Of a DNA stretch of 64,000 nucleotides, positions 1 to 11,800 are shown piece after piece. Both the position numbers and the translations under genes were made by a program. Origin of the DNA: an uncultured Verrucomicrobiae bacterium (GTDB lineage: Bacteria > Verrucomicrobiota > Verrucomicrobiia > Limisphaerales > Palsa-1400). The DNA is taken from assembly GCA_963702845.1 (NCBI GenBank), contig OY969763.1:5280001-5344000 (forward strand). Reading direction: 5' to 3'. The notes under the pieces are model-generated. The model saw only the letters and a program-made list of their open reading frames with translations. It had not been told where the DNA came from and made no database searches. Every line of letters starts with the position of its first letter. The stretch's first letter is position 1.

Positions 1-1151
1 GCAATAATTCCAACCTGAACTTTGTATTTATTGATGTGTGACAGCGCCGCTCCAGCCAGTGCCGGCACGCCAATGATCGCTATATGTTGATAGTGATCAG
101 CAACCAGAGAAAATTTCATAAAGCCCGTGTCGCTCAACCCCATCACCGGCAGAAGTGCGATACAAACAAACAGCCAGCCGACAAATAATGCACGTCCGAC
201 TGTGGACTTCCTCACAAGCCACAAAGCCGCCGTTGTCGCGACCGCTGTCACCACGGGCACGAACCACAGCCATTGATTCAAATTGATTTCCCATTTCGGA
301 TAAATAAACGCGAGGTCCGTCGGCAGAATGGCCTTCCACAAATAAAACCACGTGACCGCTCCGGCGCCGAGAATGCGTTGAAGCAAACTGGCAGAGCGGA
401 TTCCTTCCGCGTTCGCATGCGCCATAAACCACATGTTCACAATCGAAAATAATGCCGCCAAAGCCAAGAACGGAATGACCCGTAAAATATCGCGTTTCGT
501 CACCGGCCGTTTCCACCAAATGATTAGAAGCAACAGGGGCGGCAAAACAACCACCGCAATTTTGCTCAGCAACGCCAGCACAAAACTGGTTAACGAAAGC
601 CAATAGAATCGACCTGTTTGGCGCGAATCACCGCCCTGCTCCATGCAAACGTAGAAATAGGCGCTCGCCAAAAACCAAAACATCGACAGCGTGTTCTTCC
701 GTTGCACGATCCACGCCACTGACTCGACGTTGACCGGATGAATCGCAAACAGCATCGCCGCCACAAATGCGCCGGGCACCGCCAACAGTTTTAGAACGCG
801 CCACACCATCACGGCCGCACCCAAGTGAAGCAACAGGTTCACCACGTGGTATCCCAATGTTTGGTAACCCCACATTCCCCATTCGATGCGCAGCATCGAT
901 TCGGTCAGAGGCCAGTAATCCGGCAGTGTTGTCGAAAACCAAATCTGTTGCCACGTCGCCTGTCCACAGCGTTGCAGCAGATCTTCATCGTCCAAAATAA
1001 ATCCCCCACGCAAGGCCGGCCAATACACGGCCAAAATCAACACAGCCATCAATGCTGCACCGCCGAGAATATGCGACCACTCAGTTTGTCCATTTCGCAC
1101 GGGGACACTCGCGGTTGTCGTCTTGGAACGCTGGGTCGCTGCGATACTCAT
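1..1151 (-). CDS. TMTC-like multi-pass membrane protein (putative GT-C glycosyltransferase), runs off the window start
   Basis: Not in ORF track. Manual translation from ATG 1151 (ATGA overlap with upstream stop) is open to base 1: YWPALRGGFILDD..YWPLT..GYHVVNLLLH..LFAIHPVNVESVAWIVQRKN..LLSK..VADHYQH. Paralog of 1148..3307. Confidence 0.85.
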   Translation of the reverse strand, partial: MSIAATQRSKTTTASVPVRNGQTEWSHILGGAALMAVLILAVYWPALRGGFILDDEDLLQRCGQATWQQIWFSTTLPDYWPLTESMLRIEWGMWGYQTLGYHVVNLLLHLGAAVMVWRVLKLLAVPGAFVAAMLFAIHPVNVESVAWIVQRKNTLSMFWFLASAYFYVCMEQGGDSRQTGRFYWLSLTSFVLALLSKIAVVVLPPLLLLIIWWKRPVTKRDILRVIPFLALAALFSIVNMWFMAHANAEGIRSASLLQRILGAGAVTWFYLWKAILPTDLAFIYPKWEINLNQWLWFVPVVTAVATTAALWLVRKSTVGRALFVGWLFVCIALLPVMGLSDTGFMKFSLVADHYQHIAIIGVPALAGAALSHINKYKVQVGII

Positions 1152-3307
1152 TCCGTGTAGGATCGCTTTTGTGCGTAGAGGGCATTTCTGCGCTCAAGGT
1201 CCACGACGAAGCTCTTATCTCCTTTAGCAGTTGCTAACTGCAGCGCTTGCTTCCCGAATTTTATGGCATCGTCAAAGTCGCCAGTCGCCGCGCAGGCTGC
1301 TGCTGCGGTATCCAATGCGCCCGGCTCGGCGAACTTCGTCATCTCCGCCGCTTGCAATGCCATTTGTTTCGCTTCAGCTTTTTCGACCACGTTTGCTTGC
1401 GCATCAGTTGCGTAACTCCAGGCCAGATCATTCAAAGCGTCGACAGTCCCCGGTGCAATTCGGAGCACCTCGCGCAAATGTTTTCGAGCTCCGACACGGT
1501 CATGCTTTTGGCCGAGCACCGTCGCGATTCGATAATGCGTCCCGGCCTGGTCGGGATTCAACTCGATGGAACCCGCAAACGCCTGCAACGCATCGTCGTT
1601 TTTCCCAAGCGCCATCAACGCGTCGCCCAGACGCTTCTGCAATTCCGCGCGCATCTGATTATTGTCACCACTAAATCGCCACTGCCCCTGTTGCGGTATG
1701 TTGTCCGGTGGAATTTCCAATGCCGCGCGCATTTGCTCGATCGCCTGTGGCAGTTTGCCGAGGATGAGATACGCCGAGCCAATATTGAAACGGACAAAGA
1801 AATTATTTGGCTGCACTTTAAGAAGTTCTTCCAACGGCGGGATCGCTTCATTGTATTTTTTCATATGCAGATAAACCGAAGCTTCACCCATTAGCGCGTG
1901 CCGGTATCCGGGAAAAATCTCCAGTGAACGCTTAAAATACTTGAGCGAATCGTCCAGTTGGCCGTGTTCCTGAAGTTCTTCAGCGAGGTTGTTTGCGGCG
2001 ACATAGCTGTTCGGGTTTTTTTCCAGCGTCGCGCGCCAAATACGTGAGGTGTCGTAAAGGTGCGATTGGTTCCAACTCAGCACCGCAAACGCCACCACAA
2101 CTGCGCCGAGCACAGTGGCTCGAACCGACGGGTTGTCAAAAACCTTCGCCACGCCCATGACAATCGCCGCCGCCGCGACCGGCAATGAGAAATATTGCCA
2201 GTGATCAGCAACGAGCGAGAACTTGTGATAATTCACGTTCAACAATCCAACCACCGGCGCCAACATCAACAGAAAGACCGCGAGCGCCACGACCGGACCG
2301 CGACCCCATCGTCGCTGTTGCACCCAAAGCACCACGAGCGCCGCTGCCATACACAGGTGCGGAATGTAACTGGCAAGTTCTTGCGGTTTAATGGTCCATT
2401 GTGGATACACCGGCGACAGATTGATCGGGCAAAGTGCTTTGCTGATGTAAAACCAAACCGCCGGGCCCACGCCTGCAATCCGCAAAAGCATGGGTCGAAC
2501 AGGAAAATCGGCCGCCATCGCGCGATGATTCTGAAACCAGATCGTCACCAATCCCATTACAAACGCGATCGCAAAAAATGGAAGGGTCCGCATCACGTCA
2601 CGCCTCGTAACACCGCGTTTCCACCACGCGATGCACAGGAAAATCGCGGGCAACATCACCCCAGCCGTTTTCGATAACAACGACAGCAAAAAGAATATCA
2701 GCGAGCCGATGTACAGTCGTTGGGATTTTTTTGCATTCTCGGGATCTGAGTCGGCGCTCAAATAACAATGCGCACTCAATAACGCGAACATCATTGCCAT
2801 CGTGTTCTTGCGTTCCGCAATCCAGGCGACGGTTGCGACATTCACCGGGTGCAATGCAAACAACGCCGCCCCGAACCATGCGAGATCGAACACGTTCGAC
2901 GCCGGCGCTGAACCAGCCGGCGCGGTCGTGCCCAAAATCTTCCGCAACACCCGCCACAGCAGCAGCGTGTTGATGGCGTGCAGGATTAAGTTCGTGACGT
3001 GGTAACCAGTGGGGTTCATTCCCCAAATGCGCCATTCAAACCAGAAGTCCGTATACGTGACCGGAAAATAATCGATCGGCTTGATGCTGAACCAGAGGTC
3101 GCGCAATCCTTCCGCCGATTTGATCACCGAATTGTCGGTCAGCAATAAATCGTCGTCCCAGATAAAGCCGTTGCGAAGCGTCGGCCAAAAGGTGACCACC
3201 ACCAACGCGAGTAAAACAAGAATCCCCCACCATTCTTTATGGATTGCAGCGCTGGGCTCCGGCGTTGGTTTGACCAACGGGCGCGATTCTGATGCGGCGA
3301 CAGGCAT
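1148..3307 (-). CDS. TMTC-like membrane protein with C-terminal TPR repeats
   Basis: GFIWDD, GYHVTNLILH, LFALHPVNVATVAWIAERK, ADHWQY, then TPR helices. Start set at ATG 3307. Confidence 0.85.
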   Translation of the reverse strand: MPVAASESRPLVKPTPEPSAAIHKEWWGILVLLALVVVTFWPTLRNGFIWDDDLLLTDNSVIKSAEGLRDLWFSIKPIDYFPVTYTDFWFEWRIWGMNPTGYHVTNLILHAINTLLLWRVLRKILGTTAPAGSAPASNVFDLAWFGAALFALHPVNVATVAWIAERKNTMAMMFALLSAHCYLSADSDPENAKKSQRLYIGSLIFFLLSLLSKTAGVMLPAIFLCIAWWKRGVTRRDVMRTLPFFAIAFVMGLVTIWFQNHRAMAADFPVRPMLLRIAGVGPAVWFYISKALCPINLSPVYPQWTIKPQELASYIPHLCMAAALVVLWVQQRRWGRGPVVALAVFLLMLAPVVGLLNVNYHKFSLVADHWQYFSLPVAAAAIVMGVAKVFDNPSVRATVLGAVVVAFAVLSWNQSHLYDTSRIWRATLEKNPNSYVAANNLAEELQEHGQLDDSLKYFKRSLEIFPGYRHALMGEASVYLHMKKYNEAIPPLEELLKVQPNNFFVRFNIGSAYLILGKLPQAIEQMRAALEIPPDNIPQQGQWRFSGDNNQMRAELQKRLGDALMALGKNDDALQAFAGSIELNPDQAGTHYRIATVLGQKHDRVGARKHLREVLRIAPGTVDALNDLAWSYATDAQANVVEKAEAKQMALQAAEMTKFAEPGALDTAAAACAATGDFDDAIKFGKQALQLATAKGDKSFVVDLERRNALYAQKRSYTE

Positions 3308-3417
3308 ACGAGTAGTTTGGGGTTGCGCCGCATTGTAGACGTTTCGCCGTGAAAAGGTAAATAAAAGCTTCCCGTCTGTGATACTTGTCGGGCACAAAGT
3401 TGCGGTACATTAAACCC

Positions 3418-4608
3418 ATGCAACACGAGCACGCCGTCACGGGACATTGGCCGAAGCCGTTCAACGACGACGCCATGCGCGATTGGGCTATCGCCCTGCG
3501 GAAACAACTGCGCGCGCCGCATGTCTCGCTCGGCATGGTGTTCATGACCCCGGATTATTTCAAAGACGCCGAGCAGATTCTCGAACTGCTGCGCGTCCAC
3601 GCGCAAATCCCGTTGCTCATCGGTTGCTCGAGCACGAGTTTGATCGTCGATTCCGCCGAGATGGAGGACAAAGCCGGCATCGTCCTCGCCCTTTACGCTC
3701 TGCCTGATGCGAAACTGCGCGCCGTTCGTTTCACGCAGGAACAACTCGAAGAAGCGTCCAGCCCCGGCTACTGGCAAATGGAAACCGGGGTTGCAACCGA
3801 ACAGGTGAACGGCTGGCTGGTTTTCGCCGACCCGTTTCATCTCGATGCTGAAACGTGGTTGCGCAGTTGGAACGATTCTTACGCGCCGAAACCGATTCTC
3901 GGCGGACTCGCCAGCGGCGACATGAACGGCCAAACGACGCAGATTTATTTGAACGGCGACATCTTCGAGGAAGGCGGTGTAGCTCTCGCCGTCGGTGGCG
4001 ATGTGGAGTTGCGCAGCGTCATTTCCCAGGGTTGCACGCCAATCGGCCAAACCTGGACCATCACCAAAGCCGAAGCCAATTTCATCCACGAAATCGGCAA
4101 TCGCCCGGCATACCAGGTGCTCGCTGAGACGTTTGAATCGTTGCCGAAAGCTGATCAACAAAAAACGCGCGGCAACCTTTTCATTGGCCTGGTCGTGGAC
4201 GAATACCTCGAAGATTTTCATCGCGGCGATTTCCTCATCCGCAACATTCTCGGCGGCGATCCGTCGTCGGGCAGTCTGGCCGTGGGCGCTTTTCCGCGTT
4301 TGGGTCAAACGGTCCAGTTCCAACGTCGCGACGCCACGGCGGCGTCACAGGACCTGCATGTTTTACTTGAGCGTTTGAAAGAACAAATCGGCAACCACGC
4401 TGTTTATGGCGGGTGCCTCTGCTGTTGCAACGGACGCGGCGAGCGGCTCTTCGGGCAGCCCAGTCACGACGCTTCGTTGATCCAGGAAAAAGTCGGTCCG
4501 ATGCAATTGGCCGGCTTTTTCTGCAATGGCGAGATTGGCCCCATCGGTGACAAAAACTTTCTCCACGGCTACACAGCCTCGCTCGCGTTGTTCACGAAAA
4601 AGAGCTGA
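3418..4608 (+). CDS. FIST signal-transduction domain protein (FIST-N + FIST-C)
   Basis: GGLAS, SQGCTPIG, CCCNGRG, GFFCNGEIGP..LHGYT motifs. Confidence 0.9.
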   Translation: MQHEHAVTGHWPKPFNDDAMRDWAIALRKQLRAPHVSLGMVFMTPDYFKDAEQILELLRVHAQIPLLIGCSSTSLIVDSAEMEDKAGIVLALYALPDAKLRAVRFTQEQLEEASSPGYWQMETGVATEQVNGWLVFADPFHLDAETWLRSWNDSYAPKPILGGLASGDMNGQTTQIYLNGDIFEEGGVALAVGGDVELRSVISQGCTPIGQTWTITKAEANFIHEIGNRPAYQVLAETFESLPKADQQKTRGNLFIGLVVDEYLEDFHRGDFLIRNILGGDPSSGSLAVGAFPRLGQTVQFQRRDATAASQDLHVLLERLKEQIGNHAVYGGCLCCCNGRGERLFGQPSHDASLIQEKVGPMQLAGFFCNGEIGPIGDKNFLHGYTASLALFTKKS

Positions 4609-4626
4609 CGCCGGTCGTCCAACTGC

Positions 4627-5946
4627 TTACGCGGTGAGATTGAGATCCGTTCGAACCTGCGCGCCGGAATTGTCTTCGATCGCTTTGTCGGAACGGAAGG
4701 CGCAGCCAAAAATCGCCGCAGCCTTTAAGCCTTTGTCCAAACGAATCGCGGGCTTGCCGCCGTCCATGAATTCACAGCCGTTGACAATCAGGCGTCCGTT
4801 TGACGCGCGGACGGCTGGGTCTTTTTTGCCCGCTTGATCCCAAGCGGTAAAATGGCAGGCGGTCAACGCTAGCGTCGAAGGACTGTTGTGGCGGATGTGT
4901 TCCTGCGTGCGTTCCATTCCCCAAAAGCCGCAGTTCGTAAATTTCACCGGCCCTTGATTCGTGGGCGCGATTTCGATCGTCGACATGAACTGCCCATTGG
5001 CCCATTGCAATCCGGCATGGCCCTGAGTGCGATCGACACGGACTGCGCATGGACAGATGTCGCTGCCTGATTGCGTGACGACGGCGTTGCCGGGACCGTG
5101 CCCGAAATCGTCGAAGTGAAATCCGATCTTTGCGAAAATGACGAAGCAATTGGAAATGAACTCCCAATCGGTTTGGCCGATTTTGAAACCGACAAGGTTC
5201 TTCTCGAGATACCCGCGAATGTCGCCGGCACCCGAGCCTTTTGGTTCCAGCCCCATGCGTTGCCAGAAGTTCGGATTGAAATGGACATTTTCAATGCGCC
5301 CGATGTCGGTGCATTGGTCGATGTAGATGCCGATGCTCAAGGGACAGGCGAAGATGTTCCTGATTAGATGCAGTTCGTTCCAGCGCGAGCCCGTGTCGAT
5401 GCCTTGAAACGGGTTGGTCATGGTGACGTCCAGAACCTGGCAAAGTTCGCCGTCAATGCGCACCGTCCATGGATAAGGCGTGACGTTCTCGAGCCGCTGC
5501 TCGGGATAGTGAATAGTGACGTTGCGCAAAATACCGTTTGGTTTCAGCGTAATCAACGGCGTGCCGTCGGCGTGGCCGCGACCGCCATAGGCCAGCAATA
5601 CCGAACCGACAGGATGTTCGCTGTGCGGCACACCGCCGGAAACGCCGCAGAGCGTCACGCCGGCGGGCACGGTCAACGAACCGTTTACGCGATATTGGCC
5701 GCGCGGCAGGAAACACACAGGGGTAGTTGTAGCGGCCTGATGCAGTGCTGATTGGATTGCGGTGGTGTCATCGGTTTTGCCGTCACCGACTGCGCCGAAC
5801 CCGCGCACGTTGACGACGTTGTTCGTTAGAATCGGAGCGGACGGTTGTGCGTTGGCAACACTCGCGAGCCCAAGCATGCCGGCGCCGGTCAGCGAGCGGG
5901 CAACGAAATGTCTTCGGGAAAGTTGGTCGGGTGCGTGTTCAGACAT
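4627..5946 (-). CDS. Tat-exported right-handed beta-helix protein (pectin-lyase-like/GH28-related)
   Basis: SRRHFV twin-arginine signal; NVRGFGAVGDGKTDDTTAIQSAL..PRGQY. Confidence 0.8.
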   Translation of the reverse strand: MSEHAPDQLSRRHFVARSLTGAGMLGLASVANAQPSAPILTNNVVNVRGFGAVGDGKTDDTTAIQSALHQAATTTPVCFLPRGQYRVNGSLTVPAGVTLCGVSGGVPHSEHPVGSVLLAYGGRGHADGTPLITLKPNGILRNVTIHYPEQRLENVTPYPWTVRIDGELCQVLDVTMTNPFQGIDTGSRWNELHLIRNIFACPLSIGIYIDQCTDIGRIENVHFNPNFWQRMGLEPKGSGAGDIRGYLEKNLVGFKIGQTDWEFISNCFVIFAKIGFHFDDFGHGPGNAVVTQSGSDICPCAVRVDRTQGHAGLQWANGQFMSTIEIAPTNQGPVKFTNCGFWGMERTQEHIRHNSPSTLALTACHFTAWDQAGKKDPAVRASNGRLIVNGCEFMDGGKPAIRLDKGLKAAAIFGCAFRSDKAIEDNSGAQVRTDLNLTA

Positions 5947-6274
5947 GAAGGCGATTCTGCCGAGGGCGGATTCGGTTTGGTAGAAAAAATAAGTCCACGT
6001 TTTGAAACGTGGACTACGGGGCGTCTCTCTGCCGTTGTTCTCCTTCGAGAGACTGCTTGCAGTCGGGAAACAACAAAAACGACTGCCACCCTTTACCGCA
6101 AAATAACTCAAATTTGGCGTTTTGAAAAACCCTGCTTCAACCGAGGTTGCTGGGGAAAATCGAAGTGTCGGCATGGCATATCGTCGTTTCCATCGTGTGG
6201 AGAGACAGATTTGCCGGATGGCGAAAATTGGAATGTCGGTGAAGTTCCTTGGGTTGCTTTAACAAGGACAGATT

Positions 6275-7252
6275 ATGCCAATTACTATGACTACACAGGC
6301 GACGATGAAGGCAGTCGTCATCCACAAATTCGGCGGCCCGGATGTGCTTCGATTTGAAGATATGCCGACGCCGCGACCGCGAGCACATGACGTCCTGGTG
6401 CGGGTGCGGGCGGCGGGGGTTAATCCGGTGGATTGGAAATTGCGAGAGGGTCTGATTGAGACGCTGCCTTTGCCGATGATCATGGGCATAGATTTCTCCG
6501 GGACGGTCGAATCGGTGGGCGATGCGGTCGAAAAATTCAGCATCGGCGAGGACGTGTTTGGACAGGTGGAAGCGGACTACACCGGGAGCTACGCGGAATA
6601 TTGCGTGGCGCCCGATTTTGCGATCGCGCACAAGCCGGATTCGCTCGACCACATTCACGCGGCGGCGCTTCCTGTGGCCGCGCTGACACCGTGGCAGGCA
6701 TTGTTTGACCTGGGAAAACTCACGGCGGGGCAAACGGTTTTGATCCATGCGGCTACGGGTGGAGTGGGAAGTTTTGCGGTGCAATTCGCAAAGTGGAAAA
6801 AGGCGCGGGTTATCGGCACCGCATCGACACAGAGCGTTGAGCTGGCGCGCAGCTTCGGCGCGGATGAGGTGGTGGATTATCGGAAGAGCAAATTCGAAGA
6901 GGCGGTGCGTGGTGTGGATATGGTTCTGGACCTGATCGGCGGTGACACGCAGGAACGTTCGTTCAAAGTTTTGAAACGCGGCGGCATTCTTGTTTCAACA
7001 GTGCAACCGCCGTCAGCGCAGAAATTGGAGGAGTTCGGCGTGCGCGGGACGATGGTTCGCCAAAAGCCGAATGGTGAACAACTCAAGACGATCGGCGATC
7101 TTGTGGCAAGCGGGATCGTGAGAGTGAATATCGAAGCGGTGATGCCGCTCAGTGAAATGCGGGCGGCCCAGGAGCGGAGTCAAACCGGGCACGCGCATGG
7201 GAAGATTGTGCTCGAGGTTTCTAAGGAGTGGTTGTTGCGGGCAAACTCATAG
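6275..7252 (+). CDS. NADP-dependent oxidoreductase, MDR/quinone reductase family
   Basis: AGVNPVDWK, HAATGGVGSFAVQFAK, GKIVL. Confidence 0.9.
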   Translation: MPITMTTQATMKAVVIHKFGGPDVLRFEDMPTPRPRAHDVLVRVRAAGVNPVDWKLREGLIETLPLPMIMGIDFSGTVESVGDAVEKFSIGEDVFGQVEADYTGSYAEYCVAPDFAIAHKPDSLDHIHAAALPVAALTPWQALFDLGKLTAGQTVLIHAATGGVGSFAVQFAKWKKARVIGTASTQSVELARSFGADEVVDYRKSKFEEAVRGVDMVLDLIGGDTQERSFKVLKRGGILVSTVQPPSAQKLEEFGVRGTMVRQKPNGEQLKTIGDLVASGIVRVNIEAVMPLSEMRAAQERSQTGHAHGKIVLEVSKEWLLRANS

Positions 7253-7326
7253 TTTTAACCACCAAGGCACCAAGGGGAATAAAGACAAATACAGTTGAGT
7301 TGGTTTTAGTCACGGAAGGGATATTT

Positions 7327-8091
7327 ATGAATGATGTGTTAAGACGGTTTTTGGTGATTGGCTCGAGTTTGGTTTTGACACTTTTTCTCGTAGCGAGAGG
7401 CCAGACCGCGCCGTCTGCTGGTGAGTCAGATACGCAAAATCATGGCGCGGTAGCTGCGGCGGGCGTCCAAGTGCAGACAGCGGAGACTCAGGCAGCAATG
7501 TCTCCGCAGGATGCGCTGGCCGAGTTACGAGCCGGCAATGCGCGGTTTGTGGCGGGGAAATCGCGGACTCTTAATCTACCCGGCGAGGTACACGTGACTG
7601 CCGGTCACCAATATCCATTCGCGGTGATCGTGAGCTGCATTGACTCGCGCGTGCCGGTTGAACGGGTGTTCGACCAAGGCATTGGGGACGTGTTTAACGC
7701 ACGAGTCGCGGGGAATGTGCTTAATGACGACATTTTGGGAAGCGTGGAATACGCCTGCAAGGTAGCTGGCGCAAAGCTGATTGTGGTGTTGGGCCATTCG
7801 AGTTGTGGTGCAATCAAGGGCGCGGCGGACGATGTGAAGTTGGGCAAGCTGACGGGCCTGTTGGATAAAATCAAGCCGGCGGAGGAGCGGGTTCCCCAAA
7901 GTATTCAGCCGCGGAATTCCAAGAATAAAGTGTTTGTTCAGCAAGTGGCGGAACAAAACGTGCGGCTGGTGATGGAAGAAATCCGCGAGCGGAGTCCAAT
8001 CCTGCGCGAAATGCTCGACTCGGGAAAAATTGGGATCGCCGGAGGGATGTATGATATCGCCACCGGGGAGGCCCATTTCATGACGAAATGA
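7327..8091 (+). CDS. beta-carbonic anhydrase, exported
   Basis: SCIDSR, RVAGN, GHSSCGA zinc ligands; N-terminal hydrophobic signal. Confidence 0.9.
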   Translation: MNDVLRRFLVIGSSLVLTLFLVARGQTAPSAGESDTQNHGAVAAAGVQVQTAETQAAMSPQDALAELRAGNARFVAGKSRTLNLPGEVHVTAGHQYPFAVIVSCIDSRVPVERVFDQGIGDVFNARVAGNVLNDDILGSVEYACKVAGAKLIVVLGHSSCGAIKGAADDVKLGKLTGLLDKIKPAEERVPQSIQPRNSKNKVFVQQVAEQNVRLVMEEIRERSPILREMLDSGKIGIAGGMYDIATGEAHFMTK

Positions 8092-8097
8092 AATCTG

Positions 8098-8664
8098 TCA
8101 GGCTGGCAGGCCAAAATCGGGTGGAGTTGCCTCTCTTCGTCGGAAAAACAATTTCCAGAGTTTGCCTTCACCAAACGTTCTCGCGAGCTCCCGGAAAGCG
8201 AAGAATGGGACAAACGCGCAGAACGTAATCATGCAGCGGGCCAGCAATTCGTATTTGCCTTCACCCAAAAGTTTCGTGAGGCCACCTCCAGCACCCACGC
8301 CCTTGATTGCCCCGCCGACCATGGCCTCAAACATCGCAAACACCCCGAAAAACAGGGTGAACACCAACGATTTTTGAAGGGTTGGATACAGCAGCGGCCT
8401 GTTTTCGCGATCGCGAACGAGGCCCAGGATCTCTCCAAACCAGATCACCTTGGCCAAAACCAGCGCTTCAATGATCGCCGCTCCGTACTTGAAATACTTT
8501 ATTTCGTATTCGGCCAGGACGAACCGGCGATACCACGCAAACACACCGAAGAAAACTGCCAAATAAAGAGCGTTGATCCCGTATGTCACCATCTCGCGCT
8601 GGATTCTTTGCTTCCAGTGCCGCTTCTCGTCTGTCGCGCCAGTTTTATTTTCGGGTGCTTCCAT
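8098..8664 (-). CDS. hypothetical membrane protein (about 4 TM)
   Basis: Hydrophobic segments; fills the gap between neighbours. Confidence 0.7.
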   Translation of the reverse strand: MEAPENKTGATDEKRHWKQRIQREMVTYGINALYLAVFFGVFAWYRRFVLAEYEIKYFKYGAAIIEALVLAKVIWFGEILGLVRDRENRPLLYPTLQKSLVFTLFFGVFAMFEAMVGGAIKGVGAGGGLTKLLGEGKYELLARCMITFCAFVPFFAFRELARTFGEGKLWKLFFRRREATPPDFGLPA

Positions 8665-8852
8665 AGCTGCTCGAACCAACGTCCAGAAACGACGAGCGTC
8701 AATTCCAGAATGTTATCGTTTAACGGCATCAGCGTTCGCCGCAAAGTGGAAAAGGCTTGCGCACTAGTTGCGGTTGCCTGACATCTGCATAGGTTGCAGA
8801 GCGCGAATGTGGCTCGCTGATTTTTTATGTTCGAGGGCGGGTCGCGCGTTTC

Positions 8853-11800
8853 GTGATGACTTCGGAATTTGCAACGCAGGGGAAACGTGGAGCGGATGCT
8901 CCGCAACGATTTCCAACCATCTCGAACGACCGGGCGCAGAGTCTAGCCAGTCATTTGAAGAGGAAGATCAAGGGCGAGGTGCGATTTGATCCGGGCAGCC
9001 GAGCGCTTTATGCCACTGATGGATCCAATTACCGGCAGGTGCCCATCGGGGTAGTGATTCCGCGCGATGCGGAGGATGTGATCGAGACGGCGAAGTTGTG
9101 CCACAAATATGGCGCGCCGATTACGTCGCGCGGAACGGCGACGAGCCTGGCCGGGCAATGCTGCAACGTCGCAGTGATCATCGATTACTCCAAATACATG
9201 AATAAGATTTTGGCGATTGATCCGGTGCGGAAATTGGCACGAGTGCAGCCGGGTGTGGTCTGTCAGCAATTGCGGTCGGCGGCTGAAAAGCATCACCTGA
9301 CGTTTGGGCCCGATCCGGCGACGCATCGGTGGTGCACGCTTGGAGGGATGATTGGGAATAACTCGTGCGGGGTGCATTCGCAGATGGCCGGGCGCACGTC
9401 CGATAATGTGCACGAGCTTGATATTTTGTTGTACGACGGCACGCGCATGACCGTCGGTCCGACGACGACGGCGGAGCTGGAGGAAACGATCCGGCGGGGC
9501 GGACGCAAAGGAGAAATTTATGCGCGGTTAAGATCGTTGCGTGATTGTTATGCGGGTTTGGTGCGCGAACGGTATCCGAGAATTCCGCGGCGTGTTTCGG
9601 GTTACAATCTGGACGAACTGTTGCCCGAGGAAGGTTTCAATGTTGCCCGCGCGTTAGTCGGCAGCGAAGGGACGTGCGTGATGGTTTTGGAAGCGACGCT
9701 GAACCTGGTGGCAAGCCCGCCCGCGCGGTCTCTGTTGGTTTTGGGTTATCGTGACATATTCAGCGCCGGAGATCATACGCCGGAAATTGCAGAATATCAC
9801 CCAACCGGACTCGAGGCGTTGGATTTCAAGTTTGTCAACGATTTGAAATTAAAAGGCGTGCAGACGGAGCACATCAAAATGTTGCCGTCGGGCAAGGCGT
9901 GGTTGCTGGTTGAGTTTGGCGGCGACACGAAGGCGGATAGTGACGCGAAGGCGCGACTCGTGATGGCGAAGTTGCGGCTGAAGCCGGGTGCGCCTTCGAT
10001 GAAGCTGTTCGATGATAAAGAGGAGGAAGAGGAAATCTGGCGCGTGCGCGAATCAGGGCTGGGTGCGACGGCGCATATTCCCGGCGAGGATGAGAATTGG
10101 GAAGGTTGGGAGGATGCCGCCGTTCCGCCAGAGCAAGTCGGCGATTATTTGCGCGGGTTCAAGCGATTGCTCGAAAAATACCATTATGTGACATCGCTCT
10201 ACGGGCATTTTGGCCAGGGCTGTATTCATTGCCGGATTAATTTTGATCTGAAGACGGCGGAAGGAATCCGTAAATGGCGCGCGTTTTTGAGTGAGGCTGC
10301 AGACCTTGTTTTGGAACATGGCGGCTCGCTCTCCGGTGAACATGGCGACGGCCAGTCACGCGCCGAGCTGTTGCCGAAGATGTTTGGCAAGGAGTTGATC
10401 GACGCGTTTGAGGAATTCAAGAGCATCTGGGATCCCGATTGGAAAATGAACCCGGGCAAGGTTGTCCGGCCGTATGCCATAACCGAGAACCTCCGTTACG
10501 GATCAAATTATCGACCGGCTGAACCAGAGACGCATTTTAAATATGTGACAGACGGTTTCAGTTTTTCACACGCGATGAAGCGGTGCGTGGGTGTGGGCGA
10601 ATGTCGCAAGACGGAGAGCGGGACGATGTGCCCGAGCTATATGGCGACGCGGGAAGAGAAGCACACGACGCGCGGGCGGGCGCGGTTGCTTTTTGAAATG
10701 CTGAATGGCAGTGAGCTTAAACGCGAGGGGTGGCGCAGCGACGCAGTGAAGGAGAGCCTGGATTTATGTCTTTCGTGCTAGGGTTGCAAAGGCGATTGTC
10801 CGGTGCACGTGGACATGGCGACGTATAAAGCGGAGTTTCTTTCGCACTATTACAAAGGACGATTGCGACCGGTACACGCCTACGTCTTCGGTTTGATTCA
10901 CAAATGGGCGCACCTGGCGAGTTTCGCGCCGAAGATTGCGAATTTTTTTGGGCAACATGCGATGCTTGCCGGCCTGGCGAAACGGATCATTGGTATTGCT
11001 CCGGAACGGAAGCTGCCGCCGTTTGCCGAAGAGACGTTCAAGCAATGGTGGAAGAAACGGAAGGCTCCGATTGGGTTGGATGATAAACCGCACGTGATTC
11101 TGTGGCCGGATACGTTCAATAATCATTTTCATCCGCAGATCGCGCGCGCGGCGGTTGAGGTGTTGGAAGATGCGGGGTTCAAAGTGGAAGTGCCTGCGGC
11201 GAACATGTGTTGCGGACGGCCACTCTACGATTACGGCATGCTGGATATTGCGGAGAAATGGCTTCGACACATTTTAGACACGATCAGCGATTCCATCCAG
11301 GATGGCACACCCGTAGTGGTTTTAGAGCCGAGTTGTGCGTCGGTGTTTCGCGACGAAATGACAAATTTATTTCCACATGATCAAAACGCGAAGCGGCTGA
11401 AGCAGCAGACTTTTTTGTTGAGCGGGTTTCTTAACAAACACGCGCCGGAATATCCGCTGAAGGAGCTGGATCGCGAAGCGATTGTACACGGGCACTGTCA
11501 CCATCGCGCGGTGATGAAGCTGGAGGACGAGAAGCGTGTGCTTGCGCGGGCGCTGCCGAATCACAAGATGCTGGACTCGGGTTGCTGCGGGATGGCGGGT
11601 GCGTTTGGTTTTGAAGAAGGCGAACATTACGACGTGTCGATCAAGTGCGGCGAGCGGGTGCTTTTACCTGAGGTGCGAAAGACGGATCACAAGACGTTGA
11701 TCGTGACAAACGGGTTCAGTTGTCACGAACAGATCCTGCAACAGACGGGGCGGAGGGCGTTGCACCTGGCGGAAGTGCTGCAACTCGTGATGAAACACGG

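Noticed and set aside
97..954. ORFs 97..603 and 628..954 as genes, or a frameshifted gene
   Set aside because: Off-frame; the real frame from 1151 is open to the window edge.
10779..10781. Genome-wide TAG recoding
   Set aside because: TAG ends many normal-length genes in this window.
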